This document shows positions 1 to 12,885 of a stretch of DNA of 64,000 nt, one piece after another (positions within the stretch are counted from its first letter, which is position 1; every line of letters starts with the position of its first letter). The translations under genes and the position numbers were made by a program. Location: the NCBI RefSeq assembly GCF_006345805.1, contig NC_043013.1, forward strand, positions 49,972,001 through 50,036,000. The letters are read 5' to 3'. This DNA comes from Octopus sinensis. Its lineage: Eukaryota. Under the pieces are notes generated by a model. The model saw nothing but the letters and a program-made list of their open reading frames with translations, made no database searches and was not told the DNA's origin.

Positions 1-129
1 AAATGACACATTTTTATGAAATTTACCGAACAAATACTTTCACTTTTGATAAGACTTCTCCCCTCGAAGTATAAAATGTCATATTTTCAACAATGTTAGA
101 TAAAATTGAAGGCATCTATTTTCATTTTA

Positions 130-600
130 TACGCCAGGTACGAATTTTCCGAAAATTTCATTAGAAGTGTAGTTTTTTTTTTTGTGTTAATTACATAAAT
201 TATGTTTTCCGAGTATAGTAAGGTAACCCGCCCATCGTTTTTGAGAAAGTGAAACTAAATAAATTACGCAGTTTTTACAATCGAAATTTTCGAGGAATTT
301 CATCCAACCATCTGCAACCATTTTCAACATGCCGGAAGTTTGCGCGTGATTTTTTTTCTCTTTTCGAAACACGTGCTTTTTTGGTGATTCGAATGTAAAG
401 ATGAAACGTATTTGATGAAAGCATCTTTTCTTATCTTTCCATTTAATAAAAACGCAATGTTGTGTCCCGTCGGTCATGTTGGGGGGGAAAGAAGAGTTAA
501 GCGACAGCCGGAGTGGGAGTGGGTGATAGTCACAGATACTAAACCAAGCGAACAGACGCTGGTAGTTTAATCAAAATGAAACTGCAAAGTTTTATCGTAA
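130..600. promoter_or_regulatory. CpG-enriched, promoter-like segment
   Basis: Locally many CpGs in a CpG-poor window; ETS-type CCGGAAGT at 332-339, CACGTG at 370-375. No TSS evidence. Confidence 0.3.
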
Positions 601-609
601 TTTGTATAA

Positions 610-1045
610 CACACACACACAAACACACACACACACCACACATATATATATATATATATATAGATATACATATGTGTATATATATATATACATACGTGTA
701 TATATATATATATAACCTACGTGTATAGATATATATATTACATATGTGTATATATATATATATATATACATACGTGTATATATATATATATAACATATGT
801 GTGTAATATATATATATACATATGTGTATATGTATTATATTATTACATATGTGTATATATATATGTATATATATATATACATATTGTATATATATATATG
901 TATATATATATATACACATATGTGTATATATATATGTATATATATATATACATATGTGTATATATATATGTATATATATATATATTACAATATGTGTATA
1001 TATATATGTATAATATATATATATACATATGTGTATATATATATG

Positions 1046-1076
<31 letters not shown>

Positions 1077-1573
1077 GTGTTTATATAATAAGTATATATA
1101 CTATGTGTATATATATATATGTATATATACATTGTGTATATATATATATGTATATATACATATGTGTATATATATATATGTATATATATATGTATATATC
1201 ATATGTGTATATATATATGTATATATACATATGTGTATATATATATATATTACATGTATATTATATATATATTATATAATCATATATATATAATGTATAT
1301 ATATATGTATATATATATGTATATGTATATATATATATGTATAGGTATATATATATGTATATGTATATATATATATGTATATGTATATATATTGTATATA
1401 TGTATATATATATGTATATGTATAATATATATGTATATATATATATGTATATGTATAGTATTATATATATATGTATATGTATATATATATATGTATATGT
1501 ATATATATATGTATATATTGTATATATAATATATGTATATGTATATATATATATGTAATATATATATGTATAT

Positions 1574-1605
<32 letters not shown>

Positions 1606-1725
1606 GTATATGTAATATATATGTATATATATATATATAATATATATATATATGCTACATATGTGTATATGTATGTATATATACATATGTATTATATAAT
1701 ATATGTATACATATGTGTATATATA
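610..1725. repeat. Compound (AT)n/(ATGT)n microsatellite
   Basis: Direct inspection; source of the YI/CI-repeat pseudo-ORFs. Confidence 0.97.
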
Positions 1726-1959
1726 TAAAACTGAGAATGTATGTCTGTCTGTCTGTGAATCCCTAAAACTTGAGAACTACTCAACCAATATCATTCAAAT
1801 TTTACACATGCCTTACTTAGGGTCCATGTAGTTTAATGGGCAAAAAAACCTTCTAGCTTCTTGCCTTGTGCGAGCCCACAGCAACATCATATCTTCTCCA
1901 CTATTTCAGTATTACCTGTTAAAAGTGAAACAAAAACGTCTCTCTATTGTAATGTCAGA

Positions 1960-2030
1960 TAGTTTCACTTTAATAGTTTCACTTTAGTAGTTTCACTTTA
2001 ATAGTTTCACTTTAATAGTTTCACTTTAAT
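1960..2030. repeat. 14-bp tandem repeat (TAGTTTCACTTTAA) x5
   Basis: Direct inspection. Confidence 0.9.
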
Positions 2031-2249
2031 ACTGAAACTATTATATGAAAGGGAGGAACCATTAACAGTGAATATCAATTTTGCTAGAAGAAAATCAGGT
2101 ATGGTCTTATATGCTACAACAATGGTTTTCAATTCATTAATCAAATTAATATTCAATTTTTCATCCTTATTTTAAATTTACATGTATATATATATATATT
2201 TTTATCCCTCTGTCTTCCCCTTTTTTTTTGTTTCCTCTGTCTTCCCTTC

Positions 2250-3110
2250 TCTGGATCTTTCCTTCTCCTATGTTTCTGACGAAGAGCTCCGCATCGAAGC
2301 GTTAAACCCTCCTTCTTCCCTTCCTTCCTGAGCGTCCAATAATACTATATTTGTTCCATGTCCTCGCGTTGTTGTGTTTTCATGTTTGGATTAACTATGT
2401 ATATATATATATAGATGTATATATATGGATGTGTATATATATATATATATAAATAGATGAGTGTATTTTTACCTTGTTAACAATTAACACAGAAAAATAA
2501 ATAAATAGTTACCAGGGCAGCAAAATTCTCACAAGTAAAGATGTTGTAACTCCTTGTTTATAAAGGTGTTTATAAATAGACAGAACGCTATTAATATTGT
2601 TTAAAAAAACGTTATATGATATAACGTCATAAGTAGCTAACAGAAAGAGTAGGGATATTAATAGTGAATGTTAAATATAAAGGAAATTAAAGTTTAAATT
2701 ATATATAATGATAGACACTACTTATATGCACTAAAAGTATGTTTCTGCCAATGCTTACATCTGTATGCTCGTTCTATAACCGTGTTTACTAGAGTATTTT
2801 TAGAAAAAAATAATGAAAAATAGCTCAGAATTGCAGAGATGACAGAATTTCTTGTCTTTGTCATATGGTATCGAAATTGAGAGGATCAACCATTCTAAAT
2901 GAAATTGTTCATTGTGGTCTTTTAAATCCCAAATCAGTTTGCTGAGACCGGTACTATTCCGTTTATTTCTATCCCTAAATGTTGAAGTAATGGATAGAAA
3001 TTCTTTTAGATAACTCTAACGATGTGCTTCCAATGTAAAATCGTACTTTATTACGAGTACTGATTATACACTTGTATATAGAATTTTTAATCTTAGAGTT
3101 ACTTGACATA
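2250..3110. mobile_element. Penelope-like remnant (hammerhead-like core and GIY-YIG 3' fragment on minus strand)
   Basis: 2720-3110 is homologous to 20680-21070; CTGACGA..GAAG core at 2276-2299. Confidence 0.6.
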
Positions 3111-3133
3111 ATTTTTATATATATATATATATG

Positions 3134-3168
<35 letters not shown>

Positions 3169-3830
3169 GTATATATATATGTATATGTATATATAATATG
3201 TATAGTATATATATATAATGTATATATATATATGTATATATTATATGTATATGTATATATATATATGTGTATATATATATATATGTATATGTATATATAT
3301 ATATGTGTTATATATATATATGTATATGTATATATGTATATGTATATATAATATGTATATGTATATATATATATGTGTATAATATAGATATATGTGTGTA
3401 TATATATATATATGTGTATATATATATATATATGTGTGTGTGGTGTGTATAATATATATGTATATGTATTATATATATGTATATATGTATCTATATATAT
3501 TATATAGTATATATATATATATGTATGTATATGTATATATATATATGTATATGATATATATATATGTATATGTATATATAGTATATATATATATATGTAT
3601 ATGTATTATATGTATATGTATTATATATGTATATATAGTATATGTATATATATATGTGTATGTAGCGTCCAATAATACTATATTTGTTCCACGCCTCGCG
3701 TTGTTGTGTTTTCATTTTTGGATTAAATATGTATATATATATAGATGTATAGATGTATATATATGGATGTGTGTGTATATATATATATATATATATCATC
3801 AATATATATATATATACTTTATTTAAAGCA
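3110..3830. repeat. (AT)n/(ATATGT)n microsatellite with repeat fragment
   Basis: Direct inspection; 3665-3730 duplicates 2330-2395. Confidence 0.9.
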
Positions 3831-3981
3831 GCAGAAAATTTTGTATTGTATTTCTATAGATATAGATGTATATGTATACATGTAAGTGTAGATGTATATA
3901 TATAGATGTACATGCATTATGTACACATATATACATGCATACATATATACACCCATACACCCCCCACACACACATATACAT

Positions 3982-4610
3982 AGGTGCAGGTGTGGCTGTG
4001 TGGTAACAAACTTGGTTCCAAAACACATGGTCCTCAGTTCAGTCTCACTGTTTGGTGACTTGGCATGTGTTTTCTGCTATACCCTAAGACCAACCAAAGC
4101 CTTGTCAGTGGATTTTGTAGACAGAAACTGAAAGAAATCAATTGTATATATATGTATGTCTATATGTAAGTTTATGTGTGTGTCTTTGTGTTTCTCCCTC
4201 ATCACTGCTTCACAACTGGTGTTTGTTTATTTACATCCCCATAACTTACTGGTTTCACAAGAAGAAACTGATAGAATAAGTACCAGACTTATCAAAATAT
4301 AAAAAAGCACTAGGCAGTGTCTCATATTTTTGTTTGCCCACTCAGTTGTATCTATCAATTTATCATTGTGTTTGTGTGCGCATACATATATATATATATA
4401 TATATATAAATATATATGGATTTCGTAGACAGGAACTGAAACAAATCATTTGTATATATATATGTATATATGTAAGTCTTTGTCTCTGTGTTTTGCCCTC
4501 ATCACTGCTTCACAACTGCTGTTCATTTATTTACATCCCCATAACTTACTCGTTTCAAAAGAACAAGCTAATAGAATAAGTACCAGGCTTATATTCATAA
4601 AATTTCATCT
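3982..4610 (+). mobile_element. tRNA-derived SINE family 1, degenerate copy plus partial second copy
   Basis: Head tggctgtgtggtaa...ggtcctcagttc; same body as 40686-41078. Confidence 0.7.
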
Positions 4611-5701
4611 TCTTACAAGTTACAAAGACTCCTCCATGGGGACTTAACACCCACAATTTTGTCATTTTATCTAAGCAAAAACGAACACAATTGTGCTCTT
4701 GGAAGCTGTAGGGTTACCCAAGCATAAAAGATGAGCATTATTTGTAATTCAATGGTACAACAGTGTAACAGTTTGCTTTGACATACACTTAGATTGTGAT
4801 TTCTGCAATGTGGTGCATAAATTGTCAAGTAAACGAGAGGCATCTTTGCCTCCACTGATTCAGTGACAAAGTGTTGAGTAAAGTTATTTGATTGTAGACC
4901 TCCTTTCAGTCTTTTAATTATCACTCGGTCTCACATAGTCCCTAGATGGTAACATTGATTTCAAGGCCTTCCCAGATGAGTGACTGATTATTCAAAGACA
5001 TTTATAGATTGTAAATTTAATCTGTCCAGTTACGTATCAGTATAGTGGTCATTTGCAAACTCCAACTTTCGTTTCTCCTTAGCCCTCACGTCACACACTT
5101 GTTAATGTTTATTTCAGTTGGGTCACGCCCTTCCAATTGCTATAGATTCATAATGCATCTTATGACTGTGACTGTTAGCAGGATGGTGAGGAATCCTACA
5201 TTGGGAGTGGTAACGACTAGGGTACTCTAGCTGACTGCTTATTGTGATCATTCGTCTTTTGGTTTCCTATAGCTTTCCTCTCTTTTACAAACCCAGTGAA
5301 CATATATTTCCTATTTCAAAGAAATTCAAACAATAGATATAAGACCCAAGTTAAAAAGATTCTCAACAATTCAACTTCTCTGGTTGACATTAAGACACCT
5401 ACCCCCAACAGGGGCCTTAACTCTCACATTTTAGAGCTCCATGACCTTCAATTTTCAGGAGCAAAATCTTTTTAACAGGTTCAATATGACTGGAATTTTG
5501 GAATATGCGCATAAAAATCAGTAGTATGGGATACACATGTCATGATTAGAATTTTTTTAGGGTGTGTAAAAAGGGAGATAACCCTCATCTGCAATTTTGA
5601 TGAAATTCAAAACATAGATATTCAGTTCATTTAGAAAATATAACAGAAAAGTCTAATTCTTCATTTGCATGTAACCCGGGCAATGCCGGGTATCTCTGCT
5701 A

Positions 5702-5702
<1 letters not shown>

Positions 5703-5772
<70 letters not shown>

Positions 5773-6193
5773 ATATATATGTTGTGTGTATATATATGTG
5801 TGTGTATATATATGTGTGTGTATATATATATATGTGTATATATATGTGTGTGTATATATGTATATGTGTGTATGTATATATATATATATATATATGTGTA
5901 TGTATATATGTGTATGTATATATATATGTATATATATGTGTGTGTATATATATATGTGTATATATATATATATTGTATCTATATATATGTGTATATATAT
6001 ATTGTCTCTATATATGATTGATTGATTCTAGTTTCAGCTTATGAGCTGTGGCCATGCTGGGGCACCGCCATTTGTGTATTTATATATATATGTGTGTATA
6101 TATATATATTGTATCTATATATATGTGTATATATATATTGTCTCTATATACATGTGTGTATATATATATATATTGTATCAATATATATGTGCG

Positions 6194-6225
<32 letters not shown>
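5703..6225. repeat. (AT)n/(GT)n microsatellite
   Basis: Direct inspection. Confidence 0.95.
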
Positions 6226-6229
<4 letters not shown>

Positions 6230-6230
<1 letters not shown>

Positions 6231-6740
6231 CAAAATCAAATTCGATGACTGGCATCCGTGCTAGCGGGGTGCAAAGAGCACCATATGAGTGTGATCATTG
6301 ACAGAGCGGCTAACCGGCACATAAAAGACGCCATTCGAGTGTGATTGTTACCAGCGTTGCCTTACTGGCACTTGTGTCCGTGCTAGTAGGGTGTTAAGAG
6401 CACCATCTGAGCATGATCGTTGCCAGAGTGGCTAACTGGCTTCTGTGCCAATGGCATGTAAAAGACACCATTCAAGCGTGATCGTTACCAGCGTCGCCTT
6501 ACTGGCACCTGTGCCGGTGGCATGTGTAAAAATATTCGAGCGAGGTTGTTGCCTGTATCGCCCGACTGGCCCTCGTGCCGGCGGCACGTAAAAGCACCCA
6601 TTACACTCTTGGAGTGGTTGGCATTAGGAAGGGCATCTAGCTGTAGAAACTATCAGATCAAGATTGGAGCCTGGTGCAGCCATCAGGCTCGCCAGCCCTC
6701 AGTCAAAATCGTCCATCGATGTTAAACGATGATGATGATG

Positions 6741-6742
<2 letters not shown>
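6230..6742 (+). mobile_element. RTE 3'-tail repeat ending in (GAT)n
   Basis: ggcacgtaaaagcaccc...ggaagggcatc...gttaaacgatgatgatg. Confidence 0.8.
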
Positions 6743-6837
<95 letters not shown>

Positions 6838-7130
6838 TAAATGTAAAAAAACACAAACTGGGACAAGAACGCAAAACATTTAGAAGACGATACAAAAAAA
6901 CGAATGGGACATTCGAAGCCTTCGATCTTCAGTCAAGAACCGGATCATCTTCGCAATTTCGGCTGATTAATCTTGAGATTGCTCCGACCTGGCCAGCCCC
7001 AAAGGAAAATCTAAGCCAAGCGCATTAGATTCCTTGGAAGAAAGCCTCGAATGTATACAAAACAAGGACGGGAACGAATAAAGAATACGAAAATACGTAA
7101 AAACACGTAAAATACGTAAAAAAAAATATG

Positions 7131-7172
<42 letters not shown>

Positions 7173-7699
7173 TCTTTCAGTACCATGTCATGATGTAAAT
7201 ATAGTTTCGTCTTCCTTGTTGTTGCCTTAAGATAACCTTAGTTCACGCATTTCCTTAGCTGCAACATATTCATTCATTCATCTATTAAAGTTTATCAGTC
7301 ACTTATTTTGTCTTAGATTGGCTCTCAGATTTTTCAATTCTATTTTACTATTATCAACATTTGCTGTCTTGTTACATTAATTATGCCACACAAATCCCAA
7401 AAGAATATTTTTCTCCCTCGTGTTTCTGACCACTAGCCCCCTTTCTCTCTGGCTCACTCCGTCTCTCTCTCTCTCTTGGCTTCACTCTGTCTGTGTCTCC
7501 CTATTTCGATTACCACTCGCCTCGCCAATACTTCCACCACCACCCTATATAAACTAGCGCACACACTCAGATTCCCCTACTCGATTTTTGATACCTCCGC
7601 CGAAAGAATCTGTATCCAGAAGATGCTATTGTCTAAATTTGCTAGCTCGCAGTAAACACAGTCACAGCAGAAGTAGTTGATAGCTTCCACTACCCAGGT

Positions 7700-9080
7700 G
7701 ATCAAGTTAGTAGTGGGGGTGGATGCTCAGCGAGTGTTACCACTAGAATAAGAATAGCCTGGGCAAAGTTTAGGAAGCTTTTTCCTCTTCTGGCGACAAA
7801 GGGTCTCTCGCTCAGAGTGAAAGGTAGATTGTACGACGCATGTGTGTGAACTGCCGTGACTGCAGAGGACATGCTTAGGCTCGAAAGAAATGAAGCTAGC
7901 ATGATCCGCTGGATGTGTAATGTCAGTGTCCATGCACGACAGAGTGTAAGCGCCCTGAGAGCAATGCTGGATGTAAGATGCAGCATGCAGGAGAGACGAT
8001 TGCGTTGGTATGGTCATGTACTACGGATGGATGAGGAGAGATGTGTGAAGAAGTGCCACTCTCAAACTGTTGAAGGAATTCGGGGCAGAGGTAGACCTAG
8101 GAAGAAATGAGACGAGGTGGTCAAGCATGACCTTCATACGTTGAGCCTCACAGAGGTTATGACAAAAGATCGAGACCTCTGGAGATATGCTGTGACTTCG
8201 AAGACCCGACAAATGAAGTGAGTTCATGGCTCGCAGGACGGCCTGCTGGGCTAACCTTGGATTGTAGAGGGACCCACTGTTCTCGAGGAGACCTATTGAG
8301 TCAAGTACGTCATCATCATTATCATCATCGTTTAACGTCTGTTTTCCATGCTAGCATGGGTTGGACGGTTCGACCGGGGTCTGGGAAGCCAGAAGGCTGC
8401 ACCAGGCTCCAGTCTGATCTGGCAGTGTTTCTACAGCTGGATGCCCTTCCTATCGCCAGCCACTCCATCCATGAGTGTAGTGGGTGCTTTTTACATGCCA
8501 CCGGCACAGGTGCCAGGGGAGGCTGGCGACAGCCACGATCGGTTGGTTCCTTTTATGTGCCACCGGCATGGAAACCAGTCAAGGCGGAGCTGGCATCGAC
8601 CACGTACGGACAGTGATTTTTATGTGCTACCGGCACAGGTATCAGAACTGCTATTTCCATTTGATTTTTTTTATGTTAATGGCGATGTACTTGACTCAAT
8701 AGGTCTTCTCAAGCACAGCAGGCCGTCCTGTGATAACTTCAAAATAAAAATCAAATGGAAATTGTAGTTAAGACACCTGTGCCGGTGACACGTAAAAAGC
8801 ACCATCCAAACGTGGCAGATGCCAACGCTGCCTGACTTGCGTCCGTGTTGGTGACACGTAAAAGCACCAACCAGTCGTGGCCATTTGCCAGCCTGTTGTA
8901 GCCCCTGTACCGGTGGTACGTAAAAAACACCCACTACACTCACGGAGCAGTTGGCATTAGGAAGGGCATCCAGCCGTAGAAACTTTGCTAGATCCTGGTG
9001 CAGCCTACATGGCTTACCAGACTCTGGTCGAACCGTCCAACCCATGCTAGCATGGAAAATGCACGTTAAATGATGATGAT
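7700..9080 (+). mobile_element. 5'-truncated RTE LINE (ORF C-terminus + 3'UTR), interrupted by an inverted tail copy
   Basis: RIAWAKFRKL...RRLRWYGHVLRMDEER...GRGRPRK; 3'UTR 8230-8306 resumes at about 8730 and ends in (GAT)n at 9080. Confidence 0.85.
8311..8728 (-). mobile_element. RTE 3'-tail copy inserted antisense into the RTE above
   Basis: Starts with (CAT)n-cgtttaacgtc; 8690-8728 is the reverse complement of parts of 8237-8306. Confidence 0.85.
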
Positions 9081-9082
9081 CC

Positions 9083-9113
<31 letters not shown>

Positions 9114-9599
9114 AAAAAGAAGTTTGAAAACGCCACTATATAAGATAAATTTTAATTTTCTTAGAAAATTTACATGTTTCGGTTCTTCTTGAAAAAACGA
9201 ACCTTATCAAAATTATTTTTAAAAGTTAAGTGTCATAAAAAAGTTCATAATTGTTTCCTATTAGTCTCAACAGAATCCACATGGTGGTTTTTTGTTGGAG
9301 GGAAGCATAATAGCTGTCTTATATGTTGACTAAAGTTGGGGAAATGACCAGTGGCCGAAATAGCAGTAGCAGCAGTGATTGTTGGTTGTAGTAGTAGTGA
9401 CTGTGGTGGTGGTGGTTGGAGTTGCAGCAGTTCATTGGCTGCAGTAGTAGTAGCAGCAGAGGAAGACTGTTGATCGTAGTAGTAATAGTAGTGACCATGG
9501 TGGTTGTAGTAGTAGTATTAGTGATCGTGGTGGTAGTGGTAGAATTCCATTTTTCTTTTCAGAAGACCAATATATTGTTTTAATGTTCCTGGCCTAGGG

Positions 9600-11200
9600 T
9601 GTTTAAACTTGGTCCGAATTTTCTAATAAAATAGTGTTCTTTATTTTGACGTTGAGTGAAAGTTACGTTGTTACTGAATTAGTAAAGTGGGAAAGTTGTG
9701 AATTTGAGATTTTTGTTTGAAGCACATCTATCTATGTGACCACTGACAGGTATTTTCCTGTATTCAGGATTCCTAATTTGGGACTTATGTACTGCCATCC
9801 TTTATTGTAGGCTGTTTTTTGTATGGCCTATATATCGCCTTTTGCACCCTGTGCATGTTAACATGTAAATTAAGTTTTCTGATGCACAGGTGTCGTTTTT
9901 TCTGATGGTAAAATGATGGCCTTGTTCTAATGTGTATTCCAAACCTTCTACTAAGATGACACAGATTCTGCAGTTGGGCTTTCCACATTTTTTAACTGCT
10001 GATTTTGTGGTTGTTGTTGGGTGCAGTTTAGCTTGGGTTAAAATCTTTTTTAAGGCTTTTGGTTGCCGTTTACTTTTTATGATGGTGTACGTTTGGAAGA
10101 TTTGGTTCATCTTTGGGTCTCCCCTGAGTAGGGCTGTGCTTTGGAGTATGGTGTTGAAGGCCTCATTGTTAAATGGGTTGTGTGTAGAGATGTAGGGTAG
10201 GGTTTTTAAATTTTTCTTTCTTTTTTGGTTTTGGTTGTCTCAGGTCTTCTATACTTAATTTAAGTGCTCGTTGGATTGCACTGTCTATTAGGGGCTGTGG
10301 ATAATTCCTATTTATGAGTGTAGTTCTGAGTTCCTGGAGACGTGTGTGTCGGGTGCTTGTGTCTGATATTATGGTACAAATCCTTCTGGCTAAACAGAAA
10401 GGGACATTTATTCTAGTTTGTCTTGCGTTGCATGAGTCAAAGGGTAGGTACTGCTTTGAGTCTGTCGGTTTATAATAGATATCTGTCTCTATTTTGTTGC
10501 CGACTTTCTTAATGAGGATGTCTAGAAATGGTAGTTTTTCTTGGTTATGATCTATCGTGAATTGAATATTTTCGTTAATTCCATTTAGTAGTATTTTAAA
10601 TTCCTCAAGTTTTTCTATACTTTCATCTTAGAGGATGAAGCAGTCGTCGAGATATCTTTTCCAGTTGTTCTGGATATAGGTGGAGAAAGTGTTTCCATAT
10701 TTCTTGAGTGTTTTCTGGTAGAGTATTATTTCGAGGTATCCCATTACTAGGTTGGCAAAAGAAGGCGCAGTATGCGTGCCCATCGCTGTTCCCGATCTTT
10801 GTCTGTAGAAATTATTGTCAAAAATAAAGTAATTGTTTTCTAAAATAAATCTAAGTCCTTCTATTACGAGTTCTTTATTTATGCAAGTTGGAAGTTCAAA
10901 GGGGTAGTTGTTTAGCCAGAATGTGATCGCTTCATTTCCTAGGGTGTGAGGGATGTTTGAATGAAGGTTAATTACGTCGAAGGATACTAGTAGGATTTTC
11001 TCATTGACTGTTTTTGGGAGGTGGTTGAGTATATTTATATCGTCTCTTACATAGCTTTTGATGTACTTAAGGAAAGGTTTCAGAAGTGTGTCTAAGAAGT
11101 TGCTGAGGCGGTGAGTTTCGTATGCTGGGCCTGCTATTATTGGTCTAAGTTTAAGAGCATTCGGCGAAGGGATTTTGATGAGTATGTCTGTACATTTTAT
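9600..11200 (-). mobile_element. Penelope-like element A: RT + GIY-YIG endonuclease, defective
   Basis: Minus strand reads LRPIIAGP, SFDVINL, GTAMGTHTAPSFAN, KRYLDDCFIL*, PFLDILI, YYKPTD; then C..PNC.IC...NLIYMLTC..C...YIGHT (9802-10110). Confidence 0.9.
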
Positions 11201-12589
11201 ATATATATATATATATAAACATAATAAATAACAATAGGGTAATAAGAAATTATTATTCCCAGTGGCCTAGCACAAAAACGAATTAGTCATTAGACTATAT
11301 ATTATTCACATAGAAATACAATAAGAGGCTTCCAAATAGGAAAGCCTTGTGCTAGAAAGAGCAGTAGAAAACTCAAAACCACCAAATTAGGATAAATTCT
11401 CGAAAGGAATGAAAATTAAAAACGTTTACCATCTCAATTATTTCCCAGACCACGGTTTCTAACTATTTCCAGCAAAAAAAATATTCGCTGAAGGCCAGTT
11501 TTCATCAGTGGGACAGCCTTTCGATTTCAAATATACATACAGCCAGGTCCACACATAAAACAGAAAGGGACATTGATGCCACCACGGGTCCTCACACAAA
11601 CAGCCCGCGGTTTGCTGGCCCAGAGAAGCTCGCGTGCGATAATGCTCAGGAAATCAGAAATCCACTCAGGGCAGTGAAGCAGCGAAACGTAGTGAGTAGA
11701 GCCAACAACAACAACAGAAATAACACACACAAAACGTTGCGTAGTCAAAGTAAAAATTTTTTTAACAAACCATTCAACAATAGTTCTTTAGAAAGTTTTT
11801 TTTTCCTTCCTCATTTAACAACACAAAGTTCTTTTTCTTTTTTTAAACGTATAACATCAAAGTTTGTTTCTCAAAAAAACATTTAACAACACATTCCTTT
11901 TGCTTCTTTCTTTTCTTTTTTCTTTTCTTTTCTTTTAAAAGCACAGTCTACAACACAGTTCTTTTTTTCTTTCTCTTCCTCCAACGAAACACATTTAACA
12001 ACAAAGTTCTTCTTTTTCTTCTTTTCTTTTGAAACAGTTAACACCACAAAGTTTTTCTTTTTTTTTTCTTAAAACATTTAACATCACAGTTCGTTTCCTT
12101 TAAAACATACAAAAAACCATTTACCGGCAACAGTTCTTTCATTTTACGTCTGCAACTTCAGCTAGGCGCAGCATCCCACTACATCACTTGCCAGTCGTTC
12201 AGTTGTCCGTCTCTCGCTCCATGTATCTCTCTCTCTCTGCCCCTGTTTGTCTCTGTCAGACCACGTCTGCCCTGTCCAGTCTCTTTCTCTCTGACTGCCT
12301 CAGTGCTACCCGTATATATGAGGCCGTCCAGCCAGAAAGAGAGGTATACCGTACGTAACAGTGCATGTTTCCCTTCCCAAAACTTTGTCTTCATTAAACT
12401 CTCTGTGACCGTAGAGGGCCAGAGGTCAAGTGCCTATGGCCATAAACAACTGTGCTCCTTGACGGAACAAAGGAAATACTACTGACCTGAACAACTAGAA
12501 CACCGTTTCGATCCCAGCTAATGGAAAAAGGGAAATGATGTTTTTTTGTTTGTCTTTTTTTTTGCGTTCGTATCAATATATATATATAT

Positions 12590-12885
12590 ATAATAATAAA
12601 TATTAGGGAATGAATCCAAAATTACAGGGAAAAATCAGATTTAGGGTTAAATCCAATTTTATAGTAAAATATTATATAATATAATTCGAGACAAAACCAC
12701 TATTTTAAAATCAAACAAGGAAAGACTTAATCAATACATAAAATTTTAATATAAATTAAATAAACCGCCACTACAATTGTTTCATGTCTGCTACTGACAT
12801 TCTTCAGGTGGAATTTCGATCTTCTAATCAGTATCAAATTACTTCTTTCCTTGTTTGATTTTAAAATAGTGGTTTTGTCTCGAAT

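Larger units (their letters stand above)
1718..5702 (+). mobile_element. Non-autonomous Helitron-like element with nested insertions
   Basis: 5' part has (TCTG)n then gagaactactcaaccaatatcattcaaatttt, typical of animal non-autonomous Helitrons; 3' end has hairpin CCCGG-gcaatg-CCGGG (5675-5690) then CTAG (5699-5702) followed by T. Linkage of the two ends is inferred. Confidence 0.55.

Noticed and set aside
187-477. 96-aa minus-strand ORF
   Set aside because: No recognisable motif or splice context; more consistent with non-coding regulatory DNA.
539-6301. Many ORFs rich in YI/CI/VY repeats (also 17573-18342 and 39021-39478)
   Set aside because: Translations of (AT)n/(GT)n microsatellites that lack stops by composition.
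7186-7660. Possible solo LTR (TGTCATGA start, TATATAAA box)
   Set aside because: No matching inverted terminus or target-site duplication found.
11470-11700. Two hammerhead-like fragments (CTGATGA..CGAAT on minus near 11485-11510; GAAACGTAGTG on plus near 11685)
   Set aside because: Each lacks half of the catalytic core or a convincing stem I.
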